Source: an uncultured Planctomycetia bacterium
Lineage (GTDB): Bacteria > Omnitrophota > Gorgyraeia > Duberdicusellales > 4484-171
Assembly (NCBI GenBank): GCA_964536865.1
Contig: CAZHYN010000004.1
Span: 12,900-76,899, forward strand
Direction of reading: 5' to 3'
Length of the DNA stretch: 64,000 bases
Position 1 is the first letter of the stretch. Each line of letters starts with the position of its first letter. Shown here in pieces: positions 37,031-46,715 of the stretch. The notes beneath the pieces were generated by a model, which was given only the letters and a program-made list of their open reading frames with translations, did not search any database and was not told the DNA's origin. The position numbers were made by a program, and so were the translations under genes.

Positions 37031-39358
37031 ATGGAAGAGTATTATCGTTCCTACTGCGATGATGATCTCTGGTTAATTAGAGAAACTGTATGGGCCCCTT
37101 CTCTTCAAAATATCCGTGAATCCCAGTTTACCTTGGGCAATGGTTACTTTGCTAGTCGAGGAGTTTTAGAGGAGATCCCTTACCAGGCTATGTCTGGCAC
37201 CTACATTGCAGGAATTTACGATGGAATTGGTTCTCAGGTTAAGGAGTTAGTAAATTTCCCTAATCCCTTCAATTTCCGTTTTACAGTGAAGGGAGAAAAA
37301 GTTGGTTTAGCAACAATGAGGAATGTATTTCATAAGCGTATCTTAAATACTAAGAAGGCAGTCTTGGTAAGGCATACACTTTTTGAGAATGTAAGAAGAC
37401 ACAGATTCGATTACCAGTCTATAAGGTTCGTTTCTCTAGATAATAAGAATTTAGGAGTCATGCAGATTATCTTTACTCCCCTAGATAAAAATTGCCTTTT
37501 AGATATCTATACAGGAATTGATACTTCAGTTTTTAATGTAGGTACAGTTACTGAAGGTAAGAAAAGACACTTTAAAGTTAAGGAAGCAGGTCAGTTCAAA
37601 GACGCAGGTTATTTGGCAGTTGTAACTTTAGAGAAGAAGTATGTAGTGATTTACTGGGCAGGATTTTACTATGAAGTTGATGGGAAAAAGATACCTGCTT
37701 CTGACAATGTTTTTCAACTCGAACTTAAGAAAGACCAGAGTGTGAAATTTACTAAATTATTTTTTATAAAACATTTTCCTTATCGAGAAGATATCCACCT
37801 TTACAAAGAAAGGACATTTGTTAGATTTTCTCAAGCCTTCCGCACGGATTTTAATAAGCTTATCACTCAACATATAAAGAAGTGGGAGAGTGTATGGAGA
37901 AAGGTAGATATACTCATTGAGGGGACAGCTAATCTGCAGCAAAATTTAAGATTCAACCTCTATCATCTTCTCATAGCTGCTCCCCAAGATAGAGGATTTT
38001 CCAGTATTGGTGCTCGAACTTTAAGTGGAGAAGGTTACCGGGGACATGTCTTTTGGGATACTGAGTTATTTGTGATGCCTTTCTATCTTTATACTCTCCC
38101 TCAAGTTGCCAAAAATATTCTTCTCTATCGCTACCGAAGGTTACCTAAAGCTAGGGAGTTAGCCAAGAATGAAGGATATAATGGAGCTAAATTTCCTTGG
38201 GAATCTGCAGATACGGGAGAGGAAGAAACACCTGCCTGGGCAAGAGATTTCGATAGTTCCATTATAAAGATTCAAACCCATCTTTACGAACATCATATAA
38301 CTGCGGATGTAGCTTATGCTTTCTATAGATACTACTTAGCTACTGGTGACGAAGAGTTCTTAAAAAAATATGCCTGCGAAGTTATTTTTGAGACAGCACG
38401 TTTCTGGGCTTCTCGAGTTTTTTACAATAGAACTACTAAGAGATACGAGATAAGAGGGATAATTGGGCCAGATGAGTTTCACATTAATGTGAATAACAAT
38501 GCTTATACTAATGGCTTGGTACAGTGGATTCTTTCTTTAGGTCATACTCTCTTTTTCTACCTTAAAAAGAGAGCGCCATCATCTTTCTCTCAACTTAAGG
38601 AGAAATTAGGACTTAGGGAGAAGGAAGTAAAGGAGTGGGTAAAGATCGCTAAGAAGCTTAAGTTAAATATAGATAAGAAGAGTAGAGTTATTGAACAATT
38701 TGATGGATATTTTAAATTGAGAGAGATAGAACTTGAGAAAACCGATGAGAATGGCATTCCTCTTCTTCCTAAGTACCTTAAAGCTAAAGACTTAAGGTAT
38801 ACAAAACTCATAAAACAGGCTGACGTTTTGATGCTTCTCTATATCTTAACGAATAAGTTTAGTTCCTCCGTAATAAGAGCCAACTATAATTACTACATAA
38901 AAAGGACTCTTCATAAATCCTCTCTCAGTGCTCCTATTCATGCCATAATGGCAGTAAAGTGTGAAGACATGCACCGGGCTTATAATCTTTTTAATGTTTC
39001 TCTCCGTACTGATATAAGCAATCTTTACGGTAATACTCAGGAAGGTATTCATGCGGCAAGCTTAGGAGGAACGTGGCAAGCGGTAGTTTTTGGTTTTTGT
39101 GGGATAGAATTTATAGATGATATAATTAGTGTTACCCCTAAATTTCCTCGTACCTGGCAAAAGGTGAAATTCTCTCTCACTTATCGAGGCGATAGAGTAG
39201 AATTTGATTTGACAAATGAGGAGGTGAGAGTAAAAATAGTATCTAAAAAGAAGAAAAAAACGAAAGTGGTAGTATTTGGTAAACCTTATTCTATTTTGAC
39301 TAATAAAAAGTATAAGTTTTTCAAAAAAGGTGTTAAGAAGGAGGAGTACTATTACTAA
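37031..39358 (+). CDS. GH65 glycoside hydrolase family disaccharide phosphorylase (kojibiose, trehalose or maltose phosphorylase type)
   Basis: 775 aa. N-terminal beta-sandwich, (alpha/alpha)6 catalytic barrel with RGHVFWDTE...PWESADTGEE motifs, C-terminal beta-sandwich. Confidence 0.8.
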   Translation: MEEYYRSYCDDDLWLIRETVWAPSLQNIRESQFTLGNGYFASRGVLEEIPYQAMSGTYIAGIYDGIGSQVKELVNFPNPFNFRFTVKGEKVGLATMRNVFHKRILNTKKAVLVRHTLFENVRRHRFDYQSIRFVSLDNKNLGVMQIIFTPLDKNCLLDIYTGIDTSVFNVGTVTEGKKRHFKVKEAGQFKDAGYLAVVTLEKKYVVIYWAGFYYEVDGKKIPASDNVFQLELKKDQSVKFTKLFFIKHFPYREDIHLYKERTFVRFSQAFRTDFNKLITQHIKKWESVWRKVDILIEGTANLQQNLRFNLYHLLIAAPQDRGFSSIGARTLSGEGYRGHVFWDTELFVMPFYLYTLPQVAKNILLYRYRRLPKARELAKNEGYNGAKFPWESADTGEEETPAWARDFDSSIIKIQTHLYEHHITADVAYAFYRYYLATGDEEFLKKYACEVIFETARFWASRVFYNRTTKRYEIRGIIGPDEFHINVNNNAYTNGLVQWILSLGHTLFFYLKKRAPSSFSQLKEKLGLREKEVKEWVKIAKKLKLNIDKKSRVIEQFDGYFKLREIELEKTDENGIPLLPKYLKAKDLRYTKLIKQADVLMLLYILTNKFSSSVIRANYNYYIKRTLHKSSLSAPIHAIMAVKCEDMHRAYNLFNVSLRTDISNLYGNTQEGIHAASLGGTWQAVVFGFCGIEFIDDIISVTPKFPRTWQKVKFSLTYRGDRVEFDLTNEEVRVKIVSKKKKKTKVVVFGKPYSILTNKKYKFFKKGVKKEEYYY

Positions 39359-40553
39359 GAAGGAGAAAGTTCACAAAAAAAAGTTAAGTATTGCTCACCT
39401 CCATTGGGGATTCCCCCCTATTATAGGAGGGGTAGAAACCCACCTTACCATAATTCTCCCTCAGATGGCAAAAAAAGGTTATAAGGTGTCTCTTTTAACT
39501 TGTTCTGCAGAAAAGGCGAAAGCAAGAGAAAGTTACTGTGGTGTAGAAGTTTTTCGTTATCCCATTATGGACTTAAACTGGCTCTATAAAAGAGGGTTAC
39601 AGGGATTGGAGGAGGAGGTAACTCACATTTTCACTTCCTTTATAGATAAGACTAAACCTCATATTCTTCATGCCCATAATATGCATTATTTTAGTGAGAT
39701 TCACGCTTTCACTCTAGAAAGAATAGCGAAGAAGAAGGGTATTCCTTTGATTCTTACTGCTCATAATGTTTGGGATGACGTTTTATTTTTAGAACTTACT
39801 CATAAGATAGATTGGCAGCATATTATTGCGGTAAGCCACTATATTAAGAGAGAAATTATAGGGATAGGTGTTGATGATAGAAAAATTACTGTTGTTCATC
39901 ATGGTTTAGATGAAACTAAGTTCCATCCTCGGATCAAATCATCACGAATTTTGAAAAAATATCCTCAGCTTAAGGGTAGGAAAGTAATTTTTCATCCTGC
40001 AAGAATTGGTTTAGCTAAGGGATGTGACATAAGTATTAAGGCTGTAAATATCGTAAGAGAGAAGTATCCCGAAGTAATTTTAGTATTAGCGGGTTCTAGA
40101 AATATCATCGATTGGGGAGCGACTCAGCAGAAAGATATCGCTTACATGGTAAATCTTATAAAACATTTTAGGTTAGAAAAAAATATTCTCATTGATTTCT
40201 ATTCTTTGGAAGAGATGCGTGAACTTTATGCTCTGAGCGATATTTGTGTTTATCCTTCTACAGTTCCTGAACCTTTTGGATTGACGATGCTGGAGGCTCA
40301 GGCTTGTGGCAAACCCATGGTAGTTACTAACTCAGGAGGAATGCCTGAGATAATAAAAGATGGGGTAAATGGTTTTGTTATTAATATTAGAGATTTTGAG
40401 AACTTAGCAGCTAAAATTGTTCAATTGCTAGAAGATAGGCGTTTGCGAGAAAGATTAGGTTATACAGGGAGGCAGATTGTGGAGTCTTATTATACTAAGG
40501 AGAGGGTTACTCACGATACACTTGCAGTTTATAAGAAGTTTATTAATTTTTAG
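39330..40553 (+). CDS. GT4-family glycosyltransferase
   Basis: GT-B fold. C-terminal EPFGLTMLEAQACGKPMVVTNSGGMPEII motif. Start codon uncertain: a GTG at 39330 overlaps the GH65 stop, and an A8 tract lies near the 5' end. Confidence 0.75.
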   Translation: MLRRRSTITKKEKVHKKKLSIAHLHWGFPPIIGGVETHLTIILPQMAKKGYKVSLLTCSAEKAKARESYCGVEVFRYPIMDLNWLYKRGLQGLEEEVTHIFTSFIDKTKPHILHAHNMHYFSEIHAFTLERIAKKKGIPLILTAHNVWDDVLFLELTHKIDWQHIIAVSHYIKREIIGIGVDDRKITVVHHGLDETKFHPRIKSSRILKKYPQLKGRKVIFHPARIGLAKGCDISIKAVNIVREKYPEVILVLAGSRNIIDWGATQQKDIAYMVNLIKHFRLEKNILIDFYSLEEMRELYALSDICVYPSTVPEPFGLTMLEAQACGKPMVVTNSGGMPEIIKDGVNGFVINIRDFENLAAKIVQLLEDRRLRERLGYTGRQIVESYYTKERVTHDTLAVYKKFINF

Positions 40554-40562
40554 AAGTTAGAT

Positions 40563-42032
40563 ATGCTTAGGGGATGGAGCAAAAAAACTGTAATAGACCT
40601 AGTAAAGACTAAGTTAGAGAGGGCCTTATTTGTCGTTGTCTCTAACCGCCAACCTTACATCCATAAATTTATTAAAGGGAAAATTCATTGTTTAAAAGGT
40701 CCGGGAGGAGTGGTAACCGCTATTGATCCTGTAATGCAGGAGATTAAAGGTTTATGGGTCTGCTGTGGTAGTGGAGATGCCGATAAAATTGTGGCTAAAG
40801 ATAGTAAAGTGAATGTTCCTCCGGAGATGCCATCTTATCAAGTTAAGTATGTATGGTTAACTAAGGAAGAGAATTTAGGTTATTATTATGGATTTTCTAA
40901 TCAAGCTCTCTGGCCTCTCTCTCATCTGGTTTTTGTTAAACCAATATTTAGAGACGAGGATTGGAGAATCTATAAAGAGGTGAATAAAAAATTTGCTCAA
41001 AGTATCTATGAAGAAATAAAGGATAAGAGGGCAGTAGTGTTTATTCAGGATTATCATCTTGCTATGGTAAGTAAGTATTTAAAGGAGAGCAAACCCGATG
41101 TTGTTACTATTCTTTTTTGGCATATTCCCTGGCCTACTTACGATGTGTTTAGAATCCTTCCCTGTAAACAAGAATTTTTAGAAGGTTTACTTAGTTATAA
41201 TCTCTTAGGGTTTCATATAAGGTACTTCTGTAACAATTTCTTTGAGGCAGTAGCAAACGAACTGGAGAGCAAAATAAATAGAGAGACTTCTACTATTATC
41301 TATCAAGGTAAATCTACATTAGTAAAAGCTTATCCTATAAGTATTGATTTTGAAGGGATAAGTAATAAGAGTGGAGAAAAAGATGTAGAAGAGGCTATGG
41401 TGTCTTTAAAAGAAGAGTTTGGTTTAGAGGGTTACAAGATTATTGTGGGGTTAGATAGAATAGATTATACCAAAGGAATAGTAGAGAGAATTCTAGCCAT
41501 AGATAAACTCCTTCAGTTGCACCCCGAGCTTAGAGAGAAGATTATATTCATTCAGATGGGTGAAATATCTCGTATTCATATAGCTCAGTACAAACAACTC
41601 AACGATCAAATAAATGCCTTGGTAGAGGAGGTAAACTTTAAGCATTCTACCGATAGTTGGCGACCTATAATTTTTGTAAGGAGACACCTTTCTTTCAGTG
41701 AACTTTTAGCCTTCTATAGATTAGCAAATGTATGTATAGTAAGTTCTCTCCATGATGGAATGAATCTGGTAGCTAAGGAATTTATCTCTTCTCGGTGTGA
41801 CGAATTAGGAGTACTCCTCTTAAGTAGGTTTACAGGAGCAGCACGAGAGCTTAAAGAAGCGGTTCTTATCAATCCTTACTCTCAAAGGGAGAGTGCAGAA
41901 GCGCTTTTCTTTGCTCTTGGTATGAAGGAAGAGGAACAAAAAAGGAGGATGAAAGCTTTAAGAGTGTATATTCAGCGTAACAATATCTGGCGTTGGATTG
42001 GTAAAATAGTTGTTGATATTCCTTGGAAGTGA
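40563..42032 (+). CDS. otsA: Alpha,alpha-trehalose-phosphate synthase (GT20)
   Basis: 489 aa. GT20 motifs WVHDYHL-like VFIQDYHLAM, HIPWP, and RGVNLVAKEF-like DGMNLVAKEF. Confidence 0.85.
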   Translation: MLRGWSKKTVIDLVKTKLERALFVVVSNRQPYIHKFIKGKIHCLKGPGGVVTAIDPVMQEIKGLWVCCGSGDADKIVAKDSKVNVPPEMPSYQVKYVWLTKEENLGYYYGFSNQALWPLSHLVFVKPIFRDEDWRIYKEVNKKFAQSIYEEIKDKRAVVFIQDYHLAMVSKYLKESKPDVVTILFWHIPWPTYDVFRILPCKQEFLEGLLSYNLLGFHIRYFCNNFFEAVANELESKINRETSTIIYQGKSTLVKAYPISIDFEGISNKSGEKDVEEAMVSLKEEFGLEGYKIIVGLDRIDYTKGIVERILAIDKLLQLHPELREKIIFIQMGEISRIHIAQYKQLNDQINALVEEVNFKHSTDSWRPIIFVRRHLSFSELLAFYRLANVCIVSSLHDGMNLVAKEFISSRCDELGVLLLSRFTGAARELKEAVLINPYSQRESAEALFFALGMKEEEQKRRMKALRVYIQRNNIWRWIGKIVVDIPWK

Positions 42033-43624
42033 TGGATGATGTTGCTTTTCCTTTCCAAGCAGTTGTTTTTGATTTAGATGGTGTAATTACCCAAACTGCC
42101 TACCTTCATTTCCAAGCTTGGAAGCAAACCTTTGATGAGTATTTACGTTTCAGAGAGAAAGAAAAATTTAGAGAATTTACTGAGCAAGATTATCTTAACT
42201 ATGTAGATGGAAGACCACGCTATGATGGAGTTAAGACTTTTCTTTCCTCTCGAGGGATTCAAATTAGTTGGGGAGAGCCTACTGATTCTCCTGGTGAGGA
42301 AACAATCTGCGGGTTAGGGAATAAAAAAAATGTGATTTTTAAAAATCTTTTAGAAAGTAAAGGAGCCAAAAAGTATCCTACCACAGTAGAGTTTATCCAA
42401 GAGCTTAAAGAAAAGGGAATAAAGATAGGTGTAGCCTCTTCCTCTAAAAATTGTCGTGCTATTCTCAGCTCTACCCGAATTATAGATCTCTTTGATGCTT
42501 GTGTAGATGGGATAGTTTCTCAACAGTTTAATCTTCAGGGTAAACCTGAACCAGATATATTTCTCTTAACTAGTAAAGATTTGAAGGTTTCCCCTTCCAA
42601 GACAGTTGTAGTTGAAGATGCTAGTTCAGGGGTAGAGGCAGCTCGCAATGGAGGTTTCGGATTAGTCATAGGAGTTGCCCGCAAAGATAATAAAGAAGAT
42701 CTCTTAAATTCGGGAGCGGATTTAGCATTGAGTGATCTAAAGTTCATAGATATAGAGTGGATCAATGAATGGTTTAAAAAAAGCCCTTTTTACCTTTTTG
42801 ATTTCTGGGATAGAGGAACAAGAGAGGAATTAGGAGTTTTTAAGAAGAACGAAGATATAGTTTTAAACCCCTGGTATTTTTTGAGCTTTAAAGATGCTAT
42901 TTTTTCCAGAAAGCAGTTAGCCTTTTTCTTTGATTATGATGGCACACTTACCCCTATTGTTAAGAGACCAGAATTAGCAGTGTTATCTACCCAGATGCGC
43001 TCCTTAATTAAAAAAATAGCTAAGAAATACCCTACCGCCATAGTGAGCGGAAGACAGAGAGAAGAGGTAGAAAAGTTAGTAGGAGTAGAAGGCATTTACT
43101 ATGTAGGAAGCCATGGTTTTGATATAAAAGGAGGCGGTTTTTCTTATATTCATCCCCAGCTAAAGGGAATAGTTCCTTTAATCTCTCATATAGCAGAAGA
43201 GTTTTCTACCAAGTTGAGAAGTATCCAGGGGGTGATCATTGAGAATAAGAAGTTCAGTGTTGCTCTCCATTATCGTCTGGTAGAGGATAAGTTCTTAGAC
43301 AATATTAAGAAGGTAGTAGATGAAGTAAAGAGAGAGTATTCTAACTTGCGGTTAATGTGTGGCAAGAAGGTTTTTGAATTTATGCCTGATATTGATTGGG
43401 ATAAAGGTAAAGCCATAAGATGGCTTCTTAGTATACTAAATATTTCTTGGAGAGAGTATGCAGTAATTTATATTGGCGATGATACTACTGATGAAGATGC
43501 ATTCAGAATGGTGCGGACTAGGGGAATAGGGATTCTAGTTTCTGAAGGTAAGGCTACTTCAGCAGCTGATTACTTTGTTCACTCTCCCCAGGAAGTTAGA
43601 AAGCTTTTAGAAAGATTTGTATGA
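42023..43624 (+). CDS. Fusion of a beta-phosphoglucomutase-like HAD domain with trehalose-6-phosphate phosphatase
   Basis: N-terminal half has HAD motif I VVFDLDGVIT and a beta-PGM-like cap. C-terminal half restarts with FFFDYDGTLTP and ends in OtsB-like motifs GDDTTDEDAF. 10-bp overlap with otsA. Confidence 0.8.
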   Translation: MEVMDDVAFPFQAVVFDLDGVITQTAYLHFQAWKQTFDEYLRFREKEKFREFTEQDYLNYVDGRPRYDGVKTFLSSRGIQISWGEPTDSPGEETICGLGNKKNVIFKNLLESKGAKKYPTTVEFIQELKEKGIKIGVASSSKNCRAILSSTRIIDLFDACVDGIVSQQFNLQGKPEPDIFLLTSKDLKVSPSKTVVVEDASSGVEAARNGGFGLVIGVARKDNKEDLLNSGADLALSDLKFIDIEWINEWFKKSPFYLFDFWDRGTREELGVFKKNEDIVLNPWYFLSFKDAIFSRKQLAFFFDYDGTLTPIVKRPELAVLSTQMRSLIKKIAKKYPTAIVSGRQREEVEKLVGVEGIYYVGSHGFDIKGGGFSYIHPQLKGIVPLISHIAEEFSTKLRSIQGVIIENKKFSVALHYRLVEDKFLDNIKKVVDEVKREYSNLRLMCGKKVFEFMPDIDWDKGKAIRWLLSILNISWREYAVIYIGDDTTDEDAFRMVRTRGIGILVSEGKATSAADYFVHSPQEVRKLLERFV

Positions 43625-46047
43625 AAGATTCTACCTGGACGATTACCTACACTCACTTTGAACCTGCTCATGAGGGACTACGGGAGGCCCTATGTACTTT
43701 GGGTAACGGTTACTTTGCTACTCGAGGAGCCGCTCCTGAAGGGATAATCTCAAAAATTCACTATCCAGGAACTTACATTGCTGGAGTTTATAATAAACTC
43801 TCTACTAACCTAGCAGGGAAAATAGTAGTTAATGAAGATTTAGTAAATTGTCCTAACTGGCTCTATATTACCTTTAAGGTCGGAGAGGAAGATTGGTTTA
43901 TTCCTTCAGAAGCTAACCTCACCTTTTACCATCAGGAGTTAGATATGCGTGAAGGCATATTGAAGAGAACACTTAAATTTAAAGATAAACAAGGAAGAGT
44001 TACTCAGGTATTTACCGAGAGGTTAGTTCATATGAGGTATCCCCATATAGGAGCATTGAGGTATCTTATTGCTCCTTTAAACTATGACGGTTGGATTACT
44101 GTAAGAGTTATGCTTGATGGAGCAGTAGAGAATAGAGGAGTGGAGAGATACCGGCAATTGAATTCCAAACATCTTAAACCTTCTGCCTTAGGTAGCTTTG
44201 GAAAAGATGGTATATACTTGGTTATGGTTACTTCTCAATCGAAGATAAAAATAGCCCAAGCTTGCAGAGTTTCGTTCTTTATAAATGGAGAGAGAGCAAG
44301 GCCAGTGATAAAGACCGTACGCCGGCGATTGATGGAAGGTAGAGAAAGGATTGGTCAGGAGTTCCGTTTCTTCGCTCGTCGGAGAGTTTCCTATGAGGTG
44401 CAGAAGATTGTCTCTATATATACCTCTAAAGATTTCTTGAAAAGAGACCCTGCCAAAGAAGCAATCAGAGCGGTAAAGAGGGTGCCCTCTTTTATTAAAT
44501 TGGTAGCTCATCAAAGGCAAACCTGGCAAAGTCTTTGGAATAGATTCGATATAACTATTCAGGGAGATAAATTTTCTCAGTGGGCGTTAAGGGTCCATAT
44601 TTTTCATCTTTTGCAAACAGCCTCTCCTAACAATGTCAATTTAGATGTAAGCATTCCTGCTCGTGGTCTTCATGGAGAAGCTTACCGAGGTCATATCTTT
44701 TGGGATGAGATTTTTATTATGCACTTTTATGATCTTCACTATCCTCAGATTTCTAAGGTCTTTCTCTTGTACCGTTACCGGAGATTAGAGAAAGCAAGAC
44801 AGTTAGCTAAGAGATTCGGTTACAAAGGGGCTATGTATCCTTGGCAAAGTGCCTCAACGGGAGATGAGGAGACTCAGATGTATCACTTGAATCCTCTCTC
44901 GGGTAAGTGGGGACCCGATTATAGTTCTTATCAAAGACATATCTCTTTTGCTGTTGCTTATAACGTATGGAAGTACTGGGAAAGAACTTTGGATTTTCAA
45001 TTCCTTATTCACTTCGGTGCAGAGATGATTCTTTCTATAGCTCAGTTTGGAGCAAGCCTTGTTAGTTACAGTAGAAAAGATAAGCGCTACCATACTGAAA
45101 GAGTGATGGGGCCAGACGAATTTCATGAAAGATATCCTCATGCTAAGCAACCAGGGCTTAGAGATAATACCTATACTAACTTTATGATTGTCTGGACTCT
45201 CAATAAGGCCAAGGAGGTTATTAAAATTCTACCTTCCTCTTATAAAAACAGACTTTTCAAAAAACTAGGAATAACTGAGAAGGATTTGAAACTTTGGGAT
45301 GATATTACCAGAAGGATGAATATAGTGATCAATCGCAGGGGTATCATTGCTCAATTTGATGGTTACTTTGCTCTTAAAGAATTAGATTGGAAAAAGTACA
45401 TGTTTGAGTACGGGGACGTTAAAAGGATGGATAGAATCTTAAAAGCCGAGGGGAAAACTCCTGATGAATACAAGGTAACTAAGCAGGCAGATGTCCTTAT
45501 GATTTTTTATCTTTTCTCTCTTCGAGAAATCAAGAAAGTTTTTAATGAGTTAGGATATAGATTTGATCTTAAAATGTTGAGAAAAAACTATGAATACTAT
45601 AGTAGGAGAACCTCTCATGGTTCTACTCTGAGCAAAGTTGTACATTGTTTTGTAGCTCATAGTCTAGGGAAGAAAGAAGAAGCGTGGGATTGGTTTGTAG
45701 ATACGTTAGAATCAGATATATATGATACTCAGAGAGGGACTACTCCTGAAGGAATTCATACGGGAGTTATGGGAGGTTCCATCGATGTAGTAGTAAGAGC
45801 ATTTGCAGGTTTAAGTCTGGGTGATTCTATCAGGATAAATCCTTCTCTTCCTAAAAAATGGAGAAAACTCAGTTTAAAATTTCTCTACAGAGACCTGTGG
45901 TTTACTCTTTCTATTAGAGATAGAGCTTTTACACTCTCTGTAGATAAGGAAAAAAGGAGTAAAATATCTACTTCCATAGATATTGTAGTAGGGAATAGAG
46001 TTTATAAATTCCCCTTAGTAAGGAAGGCTACCTTCTCTATAAAGTAA
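43621..46047 (+). CDS. Second GH65-family disaccharide phosphorylase
   Basis: 808 aa paralogue of the 37031 gene (RGHIFWDE...PWQSASTGDEE). ATGA overlap with upstream gene. Confidence 0.8.
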   Translation: MKDSTWTITYTHFEPAHEGLREALCTLGNGYFATRGAAPEGIISKIHYPGTYIAGVYNKLSTNLAGKIVVNEDLVNCPNWLYITFKVGEEDWFIPSEANLTFYHQELDMREGILKRTLKFKDKQGRVTQVFTERLVHMRYPHIGALRYLIAPLNYDGWITVRVMLDGAVENRGVERYRQLNSKHLKPSALGSFGKDGIYLVMVTSQSKIKIAQACRVSFFINGERARPVIKTVRRRLMEGRERIGQEFRFFARRRVSYEVQKIVSIYTSKDFLKRDPAKEAIRAVKRVPSFIKLVAHQRQTWQSLWNRFDITIQGDKFSQWALRVHIFHLLQTASPNNVNLDVSIPARGLHGEAYRGHIFWDEIFIMHFYDLHYPQISKVFLLYRYRRLEKARQLAKRFGYKGAMYPWQSASTGDEETQMYHLNPLSGKWGPDYSSYQRHISFAVAYNVWKYWERTLDFQFLIHFGAEMILSIAQFGASLVSYSRKDKRYHTERVMGPDEFHERYPHAKQPGLRDNTYTNFMIVWTLNKAKEVIKILPSSYKNRLFKKLGITEKDLKLWDDITRRMNIVINRRGIIAQFDGYFALKELDWKKYMFEYGDVKRMDRILKAEGKTPDEYKVTKQADVLMIFYLFSLREIKKVFNELGYRFDLKMLRKNYEYYSRRTSHGSTLSKVVHCFVAHSLGKKEEAWDWFVDTLESDIYDTQRGTTPEGIHTGVMGGSIDVVVRAFAGLSLGDSIRINPSLPKKWRKLSLKFLYRDLWFTLSIRDRAFTLSVDKEKRSKISTSIDIVVGNRVYKFPLVRKATFSIK

Positions 46048-46058
46048 ATAGTTCATAA

Positions 46059-46715
46059 GTGGGAGGAGAATACTTTCATTTCCATACTCGGGTAACTCAG
46101 GTAGAGCTTTTAGGGTATACCGCTCGCAATGTAAAGGAGTTGTATCAAGGGATAAAAAGAGTTCCCTCTTCCAGTATATATCACCACACCCATCGTTATC
46201 TTGAGCAACACCGGTATTTTTCTCCTGAACATCCCAATGATTTTTCTTATTGGATTAATAATAGTTTAGGACTTAGGAAGTTGGGAGAGAGGATTGCTAG
46301 TGTTGATATCTTTCAGTTTTCTGATATAGAGGATTTACGAAAAGAATTTCTAATAATTTTAGATGAATATCTTAAAACTGCTCCTGCTTTAAGAGGTTGT
46401 CTTCCAGGGGAGGAGTTTCGTTTCCTTTCTTCAAAGATTTTTATTCTTCCTACACCTTTCAAGGCACATAATCTTGAAGAGTTTTCTCTTTATCTTAAGA
46501 GGGTTACTGTACACTCTCTCTACTTTCATATATTTGAAGCAAAGGTAAGATTAAAAAGAGCAGATAATGATTTCTCCTGTTGGCTAAGAGATCTAGGATA
46601 TAAGGAGTTAGCAGAAAAGATTTCCAAAATCGATCCATATACACATACTTTAGAAGGACTTAGGCAAAAGATCATAAATCTTGTAAGTGAACACCTATAT
46701 GGCAAGGATAGATGA
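46059..46715 (+). CDS. Conserved hypothetical protein in the trehalose cluster (218 aa)
   Basis: No TM segments, no recognisable motif. Tightly packed between GH65 and treT. Confidence 0.4.
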   Translation: MGGEYFHFHTRVTQVELLGYTARNVKELYQGIKRVPSSSIYHHTHRYLEQHRYFSPEHPNDFSYWINNSLGLRKLGERIASVDIFQFSDIEDLRKEFLIILDEYLKTAPALRGCLPGEEFRFLSSKIFILPTPFKAHNLEEFSLYLKRVTVHSLYFHIFEAKVRLKRADNDFSCWLRDLGYKELAEKISKIDPYTHTLEGLRQKIINLVSEHLYGKDR

